Shown: piece by piece, positions 1 to 13,862 of the stretch
Layout: every line of letters starts with the position of its first letter
How positions within the stretch are numbered: the first letter of the stretch is position 1
Origin: Vitrella brassicaformis CCMP3155
Lineage: Eukaryota > Protista > Chromerida
Length of the DNA: 64,000 nucleotides
Reading direction: 5' to 3'
NCBI GenBank assembly: GCA_001179505.1
Contig: CDMY01000897.1
Span: 62,001-126,000 of the forward strand
Position numbers and translations under genes: made by a program
Notes under the pieces: model-generated
Told to the model about the DNA's origin: nothing
Database searches by the model: none
Seen by the model: the letters and a program-made list of their open reading frames with translations, nothing else

Positions 1-991
1 TGGCGCTTGCACAACCGCTCTCGAGGAAGAGATCTGGGAAGATGGATGCGCAGTTCCTCTCTGCCAATTCGAAGCAGACGCCCTTCCATCCCGCCCACTC
101 CAACAAGGATGACCAGAGGTCCACCTACTTCGGCAGGCACTCGCCCTCGCGTACGTGAGATCCAGAGGAACGCACGCGTACCTGCAGCCCCCCCACTCAT
201 TCACAGATCCGTCATCTGGGATGTTTCTTGCTTGCAGCTGGTGAGCGGCGTGCTGGCGGCTTCACATCCCCCCGCCGCGACCGTCGCTCTGTGAGGGATC
301 TGCCCGCGGAACTGTCGGAGTTCCAGCTTCCTAAGGGTGCTGATCGGGGCGCACAAACGATAGGAGGCTGGCAAGAGGGTATGCATGTGTTGTTGCCTGT
401 ACTCCTTTCAGGCGCGTCGTGGCTGGAATGGACTTCGACGAAGGCTCCCCGGGAAGGCCTCACCAACGTCGCGGTGAGGAAGACACACACAGGAATGGCG
501 TCAGTCAGTACTGTGCTGAGACGGCACTCGTGTGGGTGACGTATAGGTCAAGATCGAAGGCGTCAGGGGCGAGATCACCAAGGCAGAGCTGCACGAGGCA
601 ATCAGTAAGGGCATCTATGCAGCCCCACAGAGCAGACGGCTTGCAGCAGACACCATCACGTCACTGTGGGGTGTGTGTGTCACAGAGGAGCTGATCACGC
701 ACAGCGGTTTCCAGAAGATGTACTGTGCCGTTGACCCCACGCCCACGCAGTCGACCCTGCAGATCTATGTCACATTCACACTCGACGATGCCGGGTCAGT
801 CAACAGCATTACAAAACACAGGCGACAAGGCACGTTCCCGTTCTGGCTTGTTGTCCTTCAGAGTTCGCCGCGCCGAGCGTGTCAAGACTCGCACCGACGG
901 TGTGGATCAGGCCATTCTGGTGCCCAACGCATGGAAGGGCCGACTGGTCGCCTCAATGGGCACTCTCATCGTCCCCGACCAGCACAACTGA
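1..991 (+). CDS. Hypothetical protein, spliced; 5' end may lie outside the window
   Basis: Short exons bounded by GT/AG that join into plausible protein: SVIWDVSCLQL, ASWLEWTSTKAPREGLTNVA, VKIEGVRGEITKAELHEAI, ELITHSGFQKMYCAVDPTPTQSTLQIYVTFTLDDAG, RVRRAERVKTRTDGVDQAILVPNAWKGRLVASMGTLIVPDQHN* (TGA ending 991). No family recognised. Confidence 0.5.
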
Positions 992-2482
992 GCGAGGCGT
1001 ATTGTCTTGTCCTTTTGGCCTTCGCATTTCATTCTGTGTGCGTCACTCACGAGCTCGCTGCCTGCCTTGTCATATTGCGCCTGCCCGGTACTGGTCAGCT
1101 GCTCACTCAGCACAGTGTGGCAGCTGACAAGTGCGGGGCGGGGGTGGGATGACAAGGCGGACAGCGAGACCCGATCCCATGTCATATGTCCACCATCCAT
1201 GCGACTGGGCACTCGTCGGTACGTTTCCCATGGGTGACACGAACAGACAGACAAGGAACAGACAGACAGACAGGCGACACCAACAAGATGGTTGTGAGAG
1301 CAAACCTGTGGTATGCAGCGTATGGCGTACGTCGTACATGTGGGTCTATGGTATCTGTCGGTGTATGGTGTATAATAATGTATCAGAGAGGGGCAGGCAG
1401 CCTTTTTTGCTGTCTGTCCATATGAGCCCTGTGGTGTGGTGCTATATGTGGGTGTTTGTATGATACGCAGTGTGGCACATGTGGTGTGGATCCGATCCGG
1501 ATGCTATGCGATGCGATGCGGCAGGCCGCTTTTTCGGTCTGCTGCATCTGTCTGTGTGTCTCGTGAGTCTATCTCGTGAGTCTATCGCGGTGGTGGTTTG
1601 TGTATGCTGGCTGCATGTGGGTGTGGCGTGGGGTTGAACTGACACACACAGACTGACTGGTGGTGTGGTGGTTCGTTTCACTTGAGAAAAGATGTGTCCG
1701 CGCGTCCGTTCGTCTGTCAAATCTGTCACGATGATGTAATGTGTACGATCCCCCCCATCCCTCCCTCTCTCTCTCTCTCTCTCCCGTCCCTTGCTACGTG
1801 ACAAAACACCTCTTATCGGTCATGTCAGCGCACCCCCCCACCCCCCATACAGGCGTCACGTCAACACATCCAAGGCAGCCAGCCGCGCATGCACACAAGC
1901 AGTCTACCGAAGGGTCCTCCTTCCATCCATCCGCCTCTCTATCAGTCCGTTGGTTGGTTCGTTCGTTGTCTACATAGAAGCATAAAACACCAGCCCGCGA
2001 GAATGGGTGTCTGGACGTTCCCTAGGCTAGCCGATCGGTCTGTCGGTCACACAGTGGCTGGCGTCTGTGTGTGTGTGGTGTAAGGGGAGTGGGTGGAAGA
2101 AAAGCTATGCACATAGTCCGTCTGTCTGTCCATCTGTCTGTCCATCTGTAGGTATCAGTGAGAGAGTAGTGAGTAGTGAGTCGAGAGCGGGGTGGGGTGG
2201 GGTGTGGTGTGATGTCATGTGGTGGGCAGATGCAAATGCATGCACGTACATGTGTGTGTGTGGATCAATCAACAACTAAACGCATGCATGGCAATCCATG
2301 GCAAGGCAAGGCAAGGCAAGTAGACGATGAGGCGGGCAGAGAGAGAGAGCCGGTTCAAAAGGAAGATGCTGCACACGGCCACACACGCACACACACAGAG
2401 CAGGGGAGGTCGGCGATAATCATACTCTGTGTTAGAGAGCCCACCTGTGTGTGTGTGTAGCGATGGGTGGGTGTTGGTGTAT

Positions 2483-5400
2483 TTACGCGGCTTCTTCGCC
2501 GTCATTCTCGCCATTGTCAACTGAACAACAACAACAAGACACCACACCGTCATGCCATCAACACCACACATGCCACATCAGCCAGCCAGCCATGACACGT
2601 CACGTCAATAGGCGTACCGTGCTGCTGCTGCTGGTCGTGTGGCTGGTATGGTGGCTCGAGCGCGTCGTCGCCTCCCTCCTCCTCCCCGTCATCCTCATCA
2701 TCCTCATCGTCTTCGTCGTCGTCATCCATCACCTGACCTAACATCTCCTGCTCAGACACACACACACACACACACAGTATGTCTCTGTCTCTGTCTCTCT
2801 CTCTGTGTGTCTGTGTGTGTGACCGACCCTTCTGAACGCGGCCCCTGCGGCAGAGCGCTGCATTGGGCGGCCGTCAGCCTCCAAGCCCTCCTCTTGGCCC
2901 TCGCCCTCCTCTGACACGACGGACGCACCCACAGTGAATTGGTCAGTCACATCACATGAATGGCGGTCAGGTCACCTACCAACGTATTCCTCCTCGCCCT
3001 CGTATTCGTCGTCCTCCTCGTCGTCATAGTCGCCCTCCTCTTCTTGCTCCTCCTGGTCGCCAGCCTGACGGCCCGCCATGCCCTCCTCGCCGTACTCCTC
3101 GCCCTCGTATTCCTCCTCGCCCTCATACTCCTCCTCACCCTCATACTCCTCCTCACCAACAACCGCGGCATACTGTGCACACACAGCCACGACAGCCACA
3201 CGAATCATTTGCATGTCTGTCGGTCTCTCTGTCTGTCTGTCTGCCGGTCGAGTACCTGAGCGCCGCCGTTGCCACCGAGGTCGGGAGGAGCAGCAAAGCC
3301 TGCAGGGACAACGAGCACACACACGCCGCCATTGATAGAGGCCGAAGCTTGCACCATCCATCTTGATATCACGCACGCACCTGGCGCCTCCTGGGGCCCG
3401 GCAGCTAGTGTGTCCTCCTCTTCTTCTTCCTCCTCCTCTTCGCCCTTTTCCTCCTCGTCAAAACGGCCCGCATCCTCGCCGGCGCCAAGCCGCTGACGAA
3501 TGACACACAACACAACACATTATACACACACACACACGTGACATCTGTATGTACCGTTGATCTCTCGATAGTGTCCTCACATACGTGAGCGATAGCATCG
3601 TCACGGTACTCTCCTTGTTCGTCCTCCCCCTCGCCCTCGTATCCCTCCTCCCCCTCCTCCTCTGCCGCCTCATCGCCCGCTGGTCCCTCGAGCTCCTCTT
3701 CATGCTGAAGCAGCTGCTGTGCCTGCGCCTCGATCTCCTCCTGCAGGCCAGCATAATCCTCCTCCTGGCCGAGTCGAGTACCACGGCAACACATACAAAC
3801 GTCCAAGGCAATGACACACACGTGTGAAGCCAGCCAGCATGTGCCAGCATGTGGGCGCGACTGACCTGGTCCGCTGGATGTTCGGCAGGTAGGAGGCCGT
3901 ACTGCACGCCGCCTGCGGCAGCTGCTGCAGCTCCGCCCTCCTCCTGCTCTTCCTCCTGAGTGTATTGTTCTTCCTCCTCCTGTGGTGGCTGAATCAGGCG
4001 GGGCGGGCCCTCCTGGATGTCAGGCACGCCACCCACATCCTACAACCACACACAACACAGAGAGACCACAGATGAGCTGCTGGCTGGAGCGAGAGCGTGT
4101 TTCTCCTTTTGGCTGGCTGGCAAGTCAGTCACCTGGATGAACCGCAGCTGGTCGGGCTGTTGGGCTCCGTTGAGTGCCCGCTCCATATCGTGAATCTCGC
4201 CGTTGCCGCGGGCCTCCTCTGCCACCTGCTGGGGCGCCTCTCGCTGCTGCTGCTGCGGAGGGTGCTCGGGCAGGACCACGGGCGGCAGCAGATCCTCCTC
4301 CTCCTCATGAGCAACGTCAGGCTGCAGGCACCATGACATGCATGTCATGAGAAATGTAAGTGTGTATGGTTACAGTACACGTGTGTCTTCTGTCTGACCT
4401 GGACGAGAGTTGGTGCTTGTTGGAGGAACGTCTGCGGCTGTTCCGGCGCGACCGATGCGCCATTCCGCTGCTGCGAGAGGTCGCGGCTGACGGGCAGGCC
4501 GGGCAGCACGACGGGCGGCAACAAGTCTTCCGAATCAGGCATTAGGTCACGACTCACAAGATGCGGCGGGGGGTACTGCACACCACCCCCTCCCACACTC
4601 CCCCTCTGGCTACTGGCAGGCCCCTCCCCCTCCCCCTCCCCCGCTTCCATGTCTGACAGCTGCTGCAGGCTGGGCGGCGGTGGCTGGCCAGCCCCCTGCT
4701 GTCCATCCGGCTGCTGGGCGGTCGGATGGTACAGGTGCTCCTCTCCGCCGATGCGCACATCCACGCCTCCCTCGGTGTCCAAATCAACGTGCACGGGCGC
4801 CGCCAGGTGTCGCGGCGCGTCGATCTCGATGTGTCGGTCCTCGCCCGCCTCGCGGCACGTCAGATGCAGGTTGGGGTGGGACTCGGGGTGCAGGGCGCCC
4901 GATGGCAGGGATGGCGACGCGACAGAGGGAGGTGAGTACACGTGTGGCGGCGGCGGGGCAGCCGTGGTGGCCAGGGGAACGTACATGGCTGGCGAAGGCA
5001 CCGACGGGGCTGCACGGGAGGAGGAGATGTCACTCGGGGGTGCGGGCGGGGGCGATGCGAAGCCCGGCATGCCCGCTGCATGCACATAGGCAGCTGGCGG
5101 TGCGGGTGGTGCGAATGCGAATGCAGGTGCGGGTGCGCCGGGGGGGAATCCTCCATACATCTGGGGTGCTGGCGGGGTCGGTGAGGGGAAGAGCATGGCC
5201 GCCGGTCCGTAGCCCCCTCCGTTGAGCGACGAAGCCCTCGGCAGCGGGGCGCTCGCCTCCGATGACGTCCGGCCACCGAGACGGGCATCCACACTGCGAC
5301 GACCGACGACGCTCTGTGTGGCGCTGCCCGAGGCACGACGACCGAACGACTTGAGGCCCTCCAGGAGCTCACGGGGGACGCTGAGCAGCTGGCTCTTGAA

Positions 5401-6456
5401 GAAGCCCTCAAGAAGTGCCTTCCGGTCACCGTTGCCGGTGGTGGGTGCTGGTGGCTGTGTCTGTGCCTGGCCGGCGGCAGCAGCAGCAGCAGCAGCTGGC
5501 ATGAGGGGTGGAATGGTCGCGGCAACCTCCTGCTGCTGCAGCTGCGGTGCGGGTGGTGGTGGTGGTTGGATGACGCCGGCCTCCCTGGGCACCTCACGCG
5601 GCGACACCGGGGGCAGAACGACCGGCCTGACACACGAGAGAGACACAAAGGGCAGAGAGACGGACGGCTCACGGGACGGTGGTCTGATGAGTGTGCGTGT
5701 GTGTGTGTCTGACTCACTCGAAGTCTTCGATTTCTTGCTGTGGGATAGGAACTTGTTTGGGCAGCTCCTGTCGGGGCTGCTCCACCTGCACCTGAGCCGA
5801 CAGGGGCTGCTCCTCCATGCGGTACGATGGCGGGGCCGGCGCAGCAGCTCCAACAGCGAACTCCTTGCCCTCCTGGATGATGATCTGCTCCTGCTGCTGT
5901 GCCTCAGGCTCATGGACGCCAATCCTGATTGAGTGAGCAACGGACAAGGCACACACACACACACACACACATGCAGACATGGGTGCGTGTCTGCCGTGTC
6001 TGTTGCATGTGTGTGTGTGGTAGGGGTGGGGGACACTTACTTTTGTATCTGTTCAGTCGCTTCGCCCATGGCTTTGGCGATGGACGCCATCCCCAGCTCA
6101 TAGTTCTCAGGGATCTCCACCAACGATGCAGCTGCCGCCGCGGCACCGACCACCGCGGCTTCCTGCCCGCCCTCACGAGGGGCGCGGTAGGTCTGCACTG
6201 ATGCCGCCGGTCGGAGGCCGAATGGTGCCCCTGGGGAGGGGAGGTACGGCGGCTTCTGAGTGTCTCGCTCGTAGTACAGCTGGCCTTCGTGTGTGGGCTG
6301 CTGCGAGATGGTGTGAGGGGGCATGCGGCCTGGCATCTGCAGCGCGGAGACGGCACTCCCACGGCCTGACACGAACCCACGACCGCCTGCACACACACAC
6401 ACGTGACAGCCATGAGAGCATGACAAGAGATGAGGGATGACCTCCGCCATGCCGTG

Positions 6457-6487
<31 letters not shown>

Positions 6488-9002
6488 AGGTCTCGTACCG
6501 TCCTCCTCCCACACGAGTTTCGCGCCGTTGCCCTGGTCGCCCTCCTCCGCCTCCATGGACACCACCACCGGGCCAGGTGACCGGCCGGCGCGCCACAAAC
6601 GGCGCTCACCCGACGGCTCCAGCTCGTCCTGCTCGTCCAGCGACACAAATGAACGGGCGCGGGGACCCTTGGCAGCAGGCGGGGGATAGCGGCCATACTG
6701 CGGTGACTCGGTGGTACGGCTCCGACGGGCCACGCCGGAGATGGTCTGAACGGGGCGAGTGGCGTCCTCGAGCTCCACACGAGGGGCGGTGGGGGCCGAG
6801 ATGGCGGCGCCTGCACGAAGGCCAGCGCGTTTCTGTCGGTCGGCCTCGGTCTGGATGGACGATCCGTCTGGCTCGGGTGTGGACTGGATGCTGCTGCGGT
6901 AGTCCTCTATAGGTCGCTCCACCTTCCTCCCCATGCCGATGCCGATGTCGGGCCGCTCCGCAACGAACGCATCCGCCCCAACCACGGGCCCCTCCACCCG
7001 CTCCAGCTGACGGTAGTGCCGTGGCTCCTCCGTCACCTGCCCGGCGACCACCCTCGCCCCCTCAACCTCCGCCGGCACGCCACGCAGGTCCATGGTGCCC
7101 CTGCGATGGACAGCGTCGCCCTCACCGAGCTGCTGCTGCTGCTGCTGGAGTGGGAGGGCCACCGATCGTGTGGCGGCGGGCATGGCGAAGTCTGGGTCGG
7201 TGACCTGCTTCTGGCGCGACGCACGGTGGAAGAGGGGAGTCTGTGCGCCGGAGGGGGGCTCGGTGGTGCTGGGCTTGCCCTTCTCGCGGGGGCCGAACCA
7301 ACTCTCGTACAGGGCGGCGCCGAACCACATGGCGCCTGCCGGTGGGGCAGGGGGCGAGACGGTCTCCTCCGGCTGCTGCTCGGGTTTCTGCTCTTCGTCT
7401 GTCGGTATCTGTCTCTCGCCCTCCCCCTCAGCTGGTGGCAGCAGGGGCGGCGCCTCCTGCTCGAATGCGGCCACCTCGACCTCCACCTCACTCGTGACTA
7501 CGGCGGCCTCTCGGGCGGCCTCCTCCTCGTGTTTGGTGGGCTCCACCAGCTCCTCTAGGGCCTGTTCAATGACCCCCTGCACTTGCATCTCGATCTGCTC
7601 CTCACTCGGCAACTCCACGCCGCCCTCCCCCTCGGCTGTGGCCTTCTTGACATCCTCGGCCTCGGTCGCAGCACCCTCCTGTGAGAGAAAATGACCCCAG
7701 ATGGGAGGCACACATACATACGTGGTCTGTTTGTCTGTTTGTGTGTTGAGGCGTGCTGTAGTCTTACCTGAGGCGCTTCTTCAGTGGCGGGTTGTTCGAT
7801 CTTGGTCTCCTCCAGTGGCACAGCTGCTGCAGCTGCAGCAGCCGCAGCCGCAGCAGCAGGTGCCGCCTCGAGGTCGCCCACGTCCACGTGGGGCTTCTCC
7901 GTCTCGGGTGCCTCTTGCTTCTTGCCGCGCGCGAACAGCAGCGAGAGGGACCGCGCGAAGGACCCCACACGCTTGCTGATGGGCTCACCCTTGACGGCCT
8001 TGGCCCTGGCTGTGTCGAGAGCGCTAGGCGGCTCCAGCCGTGGGGACGCCTGGGTGGACTCGACGCCGCCCGTGACGGACCCTTGGGTGAGGAGCGTGCC
8101 GGTCTTGCCGAGCTGAGGGACGTCCCCCGCGGCAGTGCTGATCTGGGAGGGTCCGCGAGCGACACGTGCGGCGCCGAACTGAGCCTCCTTGGTGAGAGGT
8201 GGTTCCGTGGGTGTGAGGCCCCGCTCGGTGGAGGCCATGTCGTCGGGGTAGAGGTTGTCGAAGGTGGCGCCGCGGGTGTCGCCCTTGGCGCCGATGATGG
8301 GCTTCCGCTGCTCACCAGCAGACAGACCGAACAACTGCACACACCCATCATGGTCACACACACACACAGAGAAAGGAACATTTGTGCGATGTAGGTGTGC
8401 ATTGCCCGCCTCCCTCCCTCCCTCCCTCCGTGGCTCACCGCGAAGAATTTCTTGAGGTGTTGTCGTGCGGTGACGGTGGACTTGAGAGTGGGTCCGAAGA
8501 ATCCCAGGCAGGTGCCGTAGATGAGCCAGAACCCCGCGAGGGCCAGCTGTCCGATGGCCATGCCCACCGAGAACGTGTCGGGGAGCATGCCGAGGACCAT
8601 GTAGACGGTGAAGAGGCCGATGAGCACGAGTAGGCCGATGTCGAGGCTCCAGAGGTCGGACCGGTGCCGCCTCAGCCAGGTGTGGATGCCCCATACTGCC
8701 ACCACCACGGACCACACCGCCAGCAATGTGTTGAAAAAGAAGAAAGAGACCACGCCAAACACGGTCTGCGCGAAGGCGAACACGGTGAACACCGTCCACC
8801 AAGGGAACGCTGCGGGACGGACGGACGGACGGACCACACACAACAAAGGGAAGGGAAAAGGCGGAAAAGACATGACTTGACGCAAGGAAATGCATCGCAC
8901 GGATCCCATCTATACTGTGTGTGCGCGGTGTGGCCCTCGTCGCTCACCGCTCGAGCACCTGAGGCACTCCATGTCTAGCAGTTCAAGGAACGTCACGGCC
9001 AT
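2483..9002 (-). CDS. Large multi-exon protein: N-terminal ~4-TM domain followed by a very long Pro/Ala/Glu/Gln-rich disordered region and an acidic (EEEYEG)n/poly-D tail
   Basis: MAVTFLELLDMECLRCSS (ATG 9002), GT-AG intron, then the hydrophobic exon AFPWWTVFTVFAFAQTVFGVVSFFFF...GFWLIYGTCLGFFGPTLK (about 8810-8440). Long open exons follow at about 8320-7770, 7680-6490 and 5630-4400, then Glu/Asp-rich exons at 3820-2600 and a last exon VDNGENDGEEAA* (TAA at 2485-2483). Confidence 0.7.
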
Positions 9003-9702
9003 CACTCTGCGGGCCCTGGGCAGCGCTACTCATGGTTGTGGCGGTAGTCTCAAGGATGGGTGGGTGAAGGGCTCCTCTCTTGCTCTCAGGGGGCTGGATG
9101 CATGCGCTGCACGGGCCGGGCAGGGAACGGCTCAGAGAAAGCGGTAAGACGGTCGCCGGGACGGGAGGTGCGACGCGACGGAGGATTCGTCCGTAGGTGG
9201 ACGAGTGGCCGCAGTATTCCGTCCCTTCGCCAAGAAATGCGATGAAAGGGGAAAGAAAACGCGCCCTCTCTCCGCAAAATGCGAGCTTGTGTGCGAGCTC
9301 ACCTCTCTCGCGCCTTGCCTTTCCCCTTCCTCCCCCCGTCCAGCCCTTGGGGAACTCTGCTATCCCTCTCACGCTTCTTTCAACAGTTGTCTGCCTGACT
9401 TTCTCTGCAGCACCGCGGGACGGACCCAGGCAGGAGACAGTCGGTACGGCAGCGTTGCGGGTGATCTAGCTGTCAGATCAGCCAGCTGCTTCGCTAGCAC
9501 TCTGCCTGTCGCCCTGATCTGTCGGAGACGACCCTGCGCTCGATGGCCTGCACCTGACTCAGCGCCTGAGCGTGGCTGTTTGCACCAGCAGCGGCATCGG
9601 CAGTGGACGCAGGGTGAGTGTTGCCGGCCTGGTGCGTCGCTTGTGGGGTCGGCGGATCTTTGTCTCCTGCTGCCGTGGCGTGGTGTGGCGGGTGTGCACC
9701 AC

Positions 9703-11432
9703 ATGGCCGAGGTGATGACGAGCAGGCCACATGACGCAGCTGCCGCGCTCTCGCAGACAGGTAGGTACCGACACACGACGTGAGCAGCACACCAGGCAGT
9801 GAGGCACGCACTGATGGCACTCACTGCAAGTGGGGATGCCAGCTGGAGATTGGGGTGTCTCTGCGCTGCGTGTTTGTCTCGCTCTCTCAGATGCATCGCT
9901 GAAGGAGTCTTCTCAGACGATAGAGGTAAGTGGGTGGAAAGACGAAGAGAACACCGGGCCGACGTCGTCATCTCAACCGTCTCTCTCTCTGTCCTTCCTG
10001 TCGGTAATGTCGTCTCTTCTCTGACTGACCCGACTCCAGGGTGTGTTGGAGCAGCTCCATGGCTTTAACATCAACCCCTCCGAGCTGACCAAAGACGTAT
10101 ATAACCTCTTCCAGTCTCACACATCGCAGGTCAGCCAGTCGGTCGGCCAGTGAGCCAGTGCGGTCAAAGGCCCGAACACCAACACCACCACAGGGAGGGA
10201 CACGCCTGTGTGTCGTTGCTCGTCAGGTATCCTCGAGCGGCACTCCAGTCCAGGAGAGTGCCAAGCCCGATCAGATGCCCAGCTTATCGACCCCTCCCTC
10301 CGCCACACGGCCGCCCACGGCCGCAGCAACTTCACCCACACCCACACCCACAGGCGCCGAGCGCGGACCCACCGAGCCCCCAACAGACACCGAGCAACAC
10401 CAGCAGCCGTCCGCCGTTGAGCAGAGGGGCGGCCGGCCGTCTCAGAGCTCCCCCGCCGGCATGACGACCTCCCCCTGCACCCCGGAGAAGCCGGGCAGCA
10501 GCAGTGGCGACGGGATGGACGCTGCCGTGGCGGCTGCTGAAGTGGGTGAGGAGGACTCGGGCGACTCAGACGGCAACCTCGCCGTGCCGCCGACATCGAT
10601 GCGTGGCGGCATGGGTGAGGGCGGTGCTGCGAGTGGTGGTGGTATGGGTACGGGTATGGGTATGGCTGTGCCCGATGCCCCACCGCCCGACACGCCCTCG
10701 GTCACTGTGTCGGTGGAGGGCATCGGCTTCCAGTACCAACTCACAGAAGAGGATTTGGGCAAGGTGAGCGGAGCGGGCGGGACAGCGAACACTTCGCCGG
10801 AGGCCGTGTGCACTACACGTGTGTTGGCGTGTTTGTGTCTTCAGGTGTTTTCACGGTATGGCCGTGTGGCGTCAGTGCACGTCCCGCCCGACGGGACGTT
10901 TGCCGTTGTGACGTACGAGGACTTCGACGACGCCCGGAAGGCACTGAACGACCTCAACGGCAAGGTAAGTAAGGTGGGCGACCACTGAACCCACTGGCCT
11001 GACACTCACATCACACTCTCTCCCGTATGTGTGTGTGAGCAGTTGTTGACGGGGGTCCAGGGTTGTCTGCGTGTGGGCTGGTACCGCGGTCAGCAGCTCA
11101 ACATCACCCCCACGTCGAGCGCCTCGTCCCAGGCGCGGGCCACAGGCGGCCTCTCCACCAGCCCTAGCGCACACGCGGCCGCTCACACAGGCAGCTGGAC
11201 CACTCCCGTGAGTCCACTGCACTGACTGATGGGTGGAGAGGGCGTCGTATTGGATTGATCTCTCTGTTGTGTGTGTGTGTGTGTGCAGGCGAACGTCGGT
11301 GTGAGTATGGGCGAGCCGTCTCGGGGGTCGTTTTCGTCGTCGCCGGCGTTCGAGACGCAGCTGCCGGCCTCGTACAACACCAGCACACACATGCTGCCGC
11401 AGTCACCTCCCAACAACATGACTGTGCGCAGC

Positions 11433-11478
<46 letters not shown>

Positions 11479-13196
11479 TGGTGCAGACGCCTCACCTCAC
11501 TCACCTGCTGATCGTTTTGTTGTGTGTGTTACCTCCCTCCCTCCCTCCGTCAGCCTGACGGCCGTCACATCCGGAAGTATACGTGCCGGTTCGACGTGGG
11601 CATCGAGAACGATCGCGAGTTCCAGGTGGCCAGGAGGATCATCGGCACCAAGGTCGGCAGGCCAACAGGACCGGACCGGACCGGACCGGCACACACAAGT
11701 AACTCTGTGTGGTGTGTGGTGTGTGTGAGTAGGGTGCGAACATGAAGCGCATCTTCAAGATGTCTGAGGCCAAGTTGAGGCTGCGCGGGAAGGGGTCCGG
11801 CTTCCTCGAGGGAAACACCAAACAGGGTGAGTGGAGTGGAGTGGAGTGGAGCTGAGTGGGGACAGACAGTACACATGAAACCATCACATGCCAGTCAGCC
11901 AATGCAGCAACAAGTGTCTGTCCGTGTGTGTCCTATATCGTATCAGAGTCTCCCGAGTCGCTGCACCTGTGTGTGTCGTGCCGCGACTACATGGGTTATC
12001 GCACTGCCGTCCAGATGTCCACCGAGCTGCTCCTCAGCATTTACGAAGACTACCGCAAGTTCTGCGAAGAGAAGGGCATGCCGCCACCCAACCTACGGAT
12101 CCAACTCAGGGAACACCCACGTATGTCACCAATCCACCACTGTGGCCGGATGTCGACTCGACTAACTGTCTGGTTCGTTTGTGTCCATGATGCGGTGCTG
12201 TGTGCAGTGATCGCCAAGGCGCCGAGGAATCCTCGCGACGACCACGGCCTGATGCCGGGCGGTCAGGGCCCCGCCAACCGCGGCGGCCAGTGGGTAGGGC
12301 TCGGCCAGCAGTATGTCGGCTACGGCGGCGTGCCGCCCCCTCCCATCCAGCCCCCACCTCCGCCCTCTGCGGGGTTCTTCGGCCAGCCCAACGGCATCAT
12401 GTCGCCCTCCACCTTCGGCAACTTTGGCGCACCACCGGGCGGCATTCCCCCCCACCCGCACCACAGGCAGCATGGCAACCTCACCCCTCTGGGCGGGAGG
12501 AATGCGTGGGCGGCCGAGCCATCCTATGGCCACCAGCAGCCAGGACCAGGGCAGGGGCACATGATGCACCACTCCCAGCAGCAGCACCACCACCACACAC
12601 AGCAGAGCATGGCCATGTTTGGGGGGCATTACCTGACTACTGCTGGGGTTGGTGGTGCTAGTGGCATGGGCGGCGACGGCTCGCCCACCGTGGGGGGAGG
12701 TGGCGGGGCGGGCGTCATGCACCAGGGCACCTTCTTCCCACACGCCGTTGCTGGGCCTCACGCCTCCTCCGGCCGGTCGCCTGTCGGCACTGCGTCGACC
12801 TACACACACACACCGCAGAGCCAGCCCAGCCCCCTCAGTGTGCGCACCATGCCCGGCTGGCAGCAGGCACAGCAGACCGCCGCGGCGTCGAGCGCCCGAG
12901 TCGACGCCTCACATCCGGCGGCGAGCTCGTCCACCACCACGATGGCTGGGCAGCCCAACCACACAGGCGACCCCAGCGGCATGTCATTCCCAGAGTGGGG
13001 GTACTTCGGCGCTTTCGACGGCAGTGTCGGCGCTTCGTCGGCCAGTGGTGGTGGTGCTGGTGCGCGGGCGGGCGGTGCTGCGGGTGGTGGCGAGTCGGGG
13101 GCTCCTCATCAGGTCGGCGAGGGGGGAAGCAATGCGGCTCCCTCGTGGACGCCGTGGGCGCCGAGGAGTCCACCGGGGGCGGCCGTCAGTAGCTAG
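9703..13196 (+). CDS. RNA-binding protein with one RRM, one SF1/STAR-type KH domain and a G/Q/H/P-rich C-terminal tail
   Basis: RRM: VSVEGIGFQYQLTEEDLGK|VFSRYGRVASVHVPPDGTFAVVTYEDFDDARKALNDLNGK. KH: FDVGIENDREFQVARRIIGTK|GANMKRIFKMSEAKLRLRGKGSGFLEG|ESPESLHLCVS (GxxG = GTKG). Introns are GT-AG and the stop TAG ends at 13196. Confidence 0.85.
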
Positions 13197-13562
13197 GTGA
13201 TATTAGCTGATGACGGACGGATACACTCAGACAGACACGGGACGGGCCAGGGGGGGTGGGCAGAAGTGGGTGGGGTGGATGTGGATAGCAGCCAGGGGGT
13301 GGGGTGGATTGGGGTGGGTATGGTGTGGTTTACCGTGCCGTGTCTTGCTGTGACGTGTCTTGCCGGGCTGTGTGTGTGTGTGTGTGCCGTGCTGTGGTGA
13401 CCTTTTTCAGTTGCTGGGTGGCTGACTCACTGACTGACTCACTCAGAACACACGCGCACATACAAGGAGCTGCCGCCTTGCCTTCTCTCTCTGTCCGGCC
13501 CGGCTCTGCCACAGTGGTGAGGGAGGGATGAAGAGTGCTTGGTTGGGTGGCTGGGGATGGTG

Positions 13563-13862
13563 NNNNNNNNNNNNNNNNNNNNNNNNNNNNNNNNNNNNNN
13601 NNNNNNNNNNNNNNNNNNNNNNNNNNNNNNNNNNNNNNNNNNNNNNNNNNNNNNNNNNNNNNNNNNNNNNNNNNNNNNNNNNNNNNNNNNNNNNNNNNNN
13701 NNNNNNNNNNNNNNNNNNNNNNNNNNNNNNNNNNNNNNNNNNNNNNNNNNNNNNNNNNNNNNNNNNNNNNNNNNNNNNNNNNNNNNNNNNNNNNNNNNNN
13801 NNNNNNNNNNNNNNNNNNNNNNNNNNNNNNNNNNNNNNNNNNNNNNNNNNNNNNNNNNNNNN
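13563..13862. other. Assembly gap (300 N)
   Basis: Run of N. Confidence 1.

Noticed and set aside
2960-3259. Very hydrophobic + strand ORF (VFLLALVFVVLLVVIV...) that looks like a membrane protein
   Set aside because: It is the antisense shadow of the (EEEYEG)n exon on the minus strand.
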